DNA of 64,000 nucleotides. Origin: an uncultured Verrucomicrobiae bacterium (GTDB taxonomy: Bacteria > Verrucomicrobiota > Verrucomicrobiia > Chthoniobacterales > UBA10450). The notes beneath the pieces are model-generated. The model did not search any database. It worked only from the letters and a program-made list of their open reading frames with translations, and was not told where the DNA came from. Shown here piece by piece: positions 61,101 to 64,000 of the stretch. Made by a program: the position numbers and the translations under genes. The stretch covers positions 1,216,001 through 1,280,000 of the forward strand of contig CAWFGO010000001.1 in assembly GCA_963815455.1 (NCBI GenBank). Direction: 5' to 3'. The stretch's first letter is position 1. Each line of letters begins with the position of its first letter.

Positions 61101-64000
61101 GGCTTTGATCGTAATTAGGGCCCCGCTCGCCACAGAGCCGGTGATCGTCGCAACGACGCCTGGAGCCGGCTTGATCGTAATCGTATTGGCCGCGCTCGAC
61201 CCGGGATTAGCGTTGATCGTAAGCGGGAACGAAACAATCGTCTCTCCCGCGCCGCCTGAATAGCTGGTGTCGGTCAAAATGAAGGTAACCGGTCCGGTCA
61301 TCACTTTGCTGTTCAAGTCAGTGATGGCTGCGGTCAGATCAGCATAAGTCTGTCCGGTGCCGACGTTGAACGAGCCCATGATTGTCCCCAGGATTGTATA
61401 ACTGTTAGGGGTTGTCGGCGGCGTTGACGCGGCCGGCGGATTCGCCGTGAATCCGGATGCACCTGCCGACGGGTTTGATCCCACGTTCGGCGTGCCAGCG
61501 CTGTCTTGGGCAACGACATAGTAGAATACCATGTCGCCAGTCGTCACACCTGAGCCGAAAGTAAATTGATACTGATTGCCGCCGAGCGAGGTCGCTACGG
61601 CTGAATTGTAACTGCCACCATTGATCCTCCAATAAAGGACCGGCAACCCTGCGCCTGAGGTCGGCACGCCGGAAGCGTCGGTAATTGTTGCGGTCAACAT
61701 CCGAGCGCCCGTGCTTGCGGTGTTACCAAACGGCGTATACGAAATTGCCGGCGGACTCAAGTCCAATAGGATTCCAGCGAATTCGTCCGCGCCAACATCC
61801 GGTGTGCTGGCGTTGCGCGTGTCACCGTCAAAGTCATCCGTAATCCCCGCGATTGGGGCAGCGCCGCTTTCCAGCTGCGTAGGAACAGTTGTATTGATGT
61901 GCAGGAAGTTCGCGCTCGAGCCGGTTGTGCTTAAGAACGGCGGATTCTCGCTAAAGGATGCCGAGTCCCTGGGGGCAATGGTTCCCGCAGTGAACACTCC
62001 GTTTTTATAATCGGTGATCGATTGCCCGGTGCTTGTGCCATCAAAGTAAACAACGTTGGTTGCACTGGGTGTTCCCGCGTAAAAATCATTATTGTTGGAA
62101 GTGCTCCCGTAGTTCGCAAGAGTGCCGGCCGTTCCTGCGCTGCGGCGATAAGCAACTGTCAGCCCGGCCCCATTTTGGACCGAAGTGTTGACAATGATGT
62201 TGTTTCTTAGGTTGAGCGTTGAGGTTGTTGCCGTCGAGCTCGCCAGGGTTGAGATACCCGACGAACCAAACCCGGCGCCCGAGGTCGTGTTATTAACGTA
62301 TACCGTGTTGTAATACACGTTGTAGTTCGACGTGCTCGCCGAGCCGGTGATGTTTATCCCAATGACCGCATTCGATCCGGTCGCGGCTGGCGCGGTCAAA
62401 TTACCTATCAGATTATTGGCAAGCGTCACCGTGCTCGAAGCGGTTGAGTTCGTGATGGCAACACCGCTGACTACAGATCCGGCCACGAGTACCGCTAAGA
62501 TCGTAGATCTTGTTCTTCGAAAGAACGGCACCCGGCGCGGCGGTCGAAATGCCGATCACACTTGTCCCGCCCGAAATGATCGGATCGATGGTGTTTCCTG
62601 AAACGGTTATGGTCGCGGCATTTGATGATCCTATCAGCAAAGCCGTGATGGAGTTGCCGGTGGTGATGCCCGTGATCGTGTTATTGTTTACGGTTGTGCC
62701 GGCGCCGCTGAAGTTGACACTCATCGGCACGACCGTTCCCGCGCCGGTGGTAATGTTACTAAACGTGTTTCCGTTAATGGTCTTAACCGGCGCGCCGCCG
62801 TCAGTGTTAAGGATACCATTAAAAGCCGAAGCGCCGGTCAGGGTGATGTTTGAAAAATTGTTGTTGCTATTCACCATCGTGGATCCGGCCACAGATGAGG
62901 CGTTGGTCGAATAAACCGTGGTCGTCCCGGCACCCGTCCGGGTAAAACCCGTAACGATTGAATTTCCGCTGAGGGACATTGACGCGCCGGAGATCAACGA
63001 CGGGGCAAACGAAAAGAAAGTTATCGCGCCGGTCGTGTTCACCGACATGTTGGTGAACGTGTTGTTGTTAATATTTTGAACCAGCGGATTGCCGCCTTGG
63101 GAAATGAAAGTGATCGTCCCCGACGCGGCTACCGTATGACCGAAGGTATTGAAATCGTTGTTGTTAATACTGTTGGTAGTAGTCGCATTGACACTGGTGC
63201 TCGGCATGGTGATACCGACGATGGCGCCCGCTGCCACGGCGCTACGCAAAGAGATACTGTTGTTATTGATCGTCTGAGTGAGCGTACCCGTCGGCGCAAC
63301 ACTCGATGCCGGTATTTGAATACCGTTCAATGTTCCGGAGGTCATGCCGCCGTTGGAACTGTTCACCGTATTGCGTGAAATATTGAAGTTCTTCGTGTTG
63401 CGAACGAGAATTCCGTTCACCGTACCGGAAACGTTGGCGTACCCAGAAAATGTCGCTGTCGTGCCGAAGTTGGTGATGCTGTTTCCGGTTGGCGCCGTCG
63501 TGCCGCCAATGTCGGCAGTCGTGTTTTGGTCAGCTGCTGCCGTTGGTCCGATGTGAACGATACCCATATTCACGTCGGTGATGTTATTGCCGTAAATTTT
63601 CAGGTTGTCATTGCCGCCGGCTGCGCCTGTGGCAGTAGCGGAAGTGGTGACTGCGGTCGCGCTGTGAGTGGAGTTGCTGTAAATGCCGAACGTATTCTGA
63701 TACGTACGGTCGAGATCGATCGTGTTGTTTTGAATCGTAATGTTCTGAGAGCCGTCAGTCGTGGTCACATAAAGCAGGGCCACGCCCCACTCGGTCATGT
63801 TGTTGGTTCCAGCCACCGTGATTGTGTTCGCCGGATTCTCCAACATTGTGAAGTTTTGGATGGTGACCCAGTCCGCGCCAATCAGTTTGAAGATGCCGTC
63901 ATTGAGAGCGCCGGAGGTTTGTGGAGTCGGCGCGGTGATGGTGTTGCCGCCGCCGTCGAAAACGATCGGGTTTGCCGCGCTTGCGCTGGTCAGCACTGCC
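52134..64000 (-). CDS. Giant secreted repeat protein (>3900 aa; 5' end outside window; frameshift near 62487)
   Basis: Asn/Thr/Gly-rich beta-helix modules, seven cadherin-like repeats (LSxLxLS..G...FDP..TSYT), choice-of-anchor-Q-like DPMLGPL..NGGPT.TH...SPAID, and C-terminal dockerin-like GDVTGNDVVNSSDV/DVNANGVVNASDV. Confidence 0.85.

Noticed and set aside
1..64000. tRNA, rRNA, prophage or IS transposase genes
   Set aside because: None recognisable by eye; intergenic structure is explained by repeat families and attC sites. A covariance-model scan was not possible.

Overview
A 64 kb, GC-rich bacterial chromosomal segment. Gene content and repeat style suggest Verrucomicrobiota (Chthoniobacterales-like); this is an inference. 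It is mostly housekeeping and envelope genes: PBP1A, kdsD, efp, treY, argS, gap-pgk-tpiA, ggt, thrC, a dicarboxylate symporter, rpsO-pnp, glycosyltransferases and two sensor kinases. It also holds a decaheme cytochrome c/membrane-protein pair and the 3' ~12 kb of a giant secreted repeat protein. Several genes, including essential ones, carry single-base frameshifts that look like sequencing/assembly errors. The main discovery is an integron-type gene-cassette system with no integrase in the window. A six-cassette array (17401-21393) has five complete attC sites with an unusual 5/8-nt spacer geometry and is headed by an attI-like site. A closely similar attI-like site 22 kb away (39568-39589) heads a single FkbM cassette. 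Both loci end in an attC reduced to its R'' box. The window is also dense in palindromic repeats of several families. One is embedded in-frame in argS, one appears to encode a signal peptide, and one pair brackets a four-helix-bundle gene inserted between gap and pgk.
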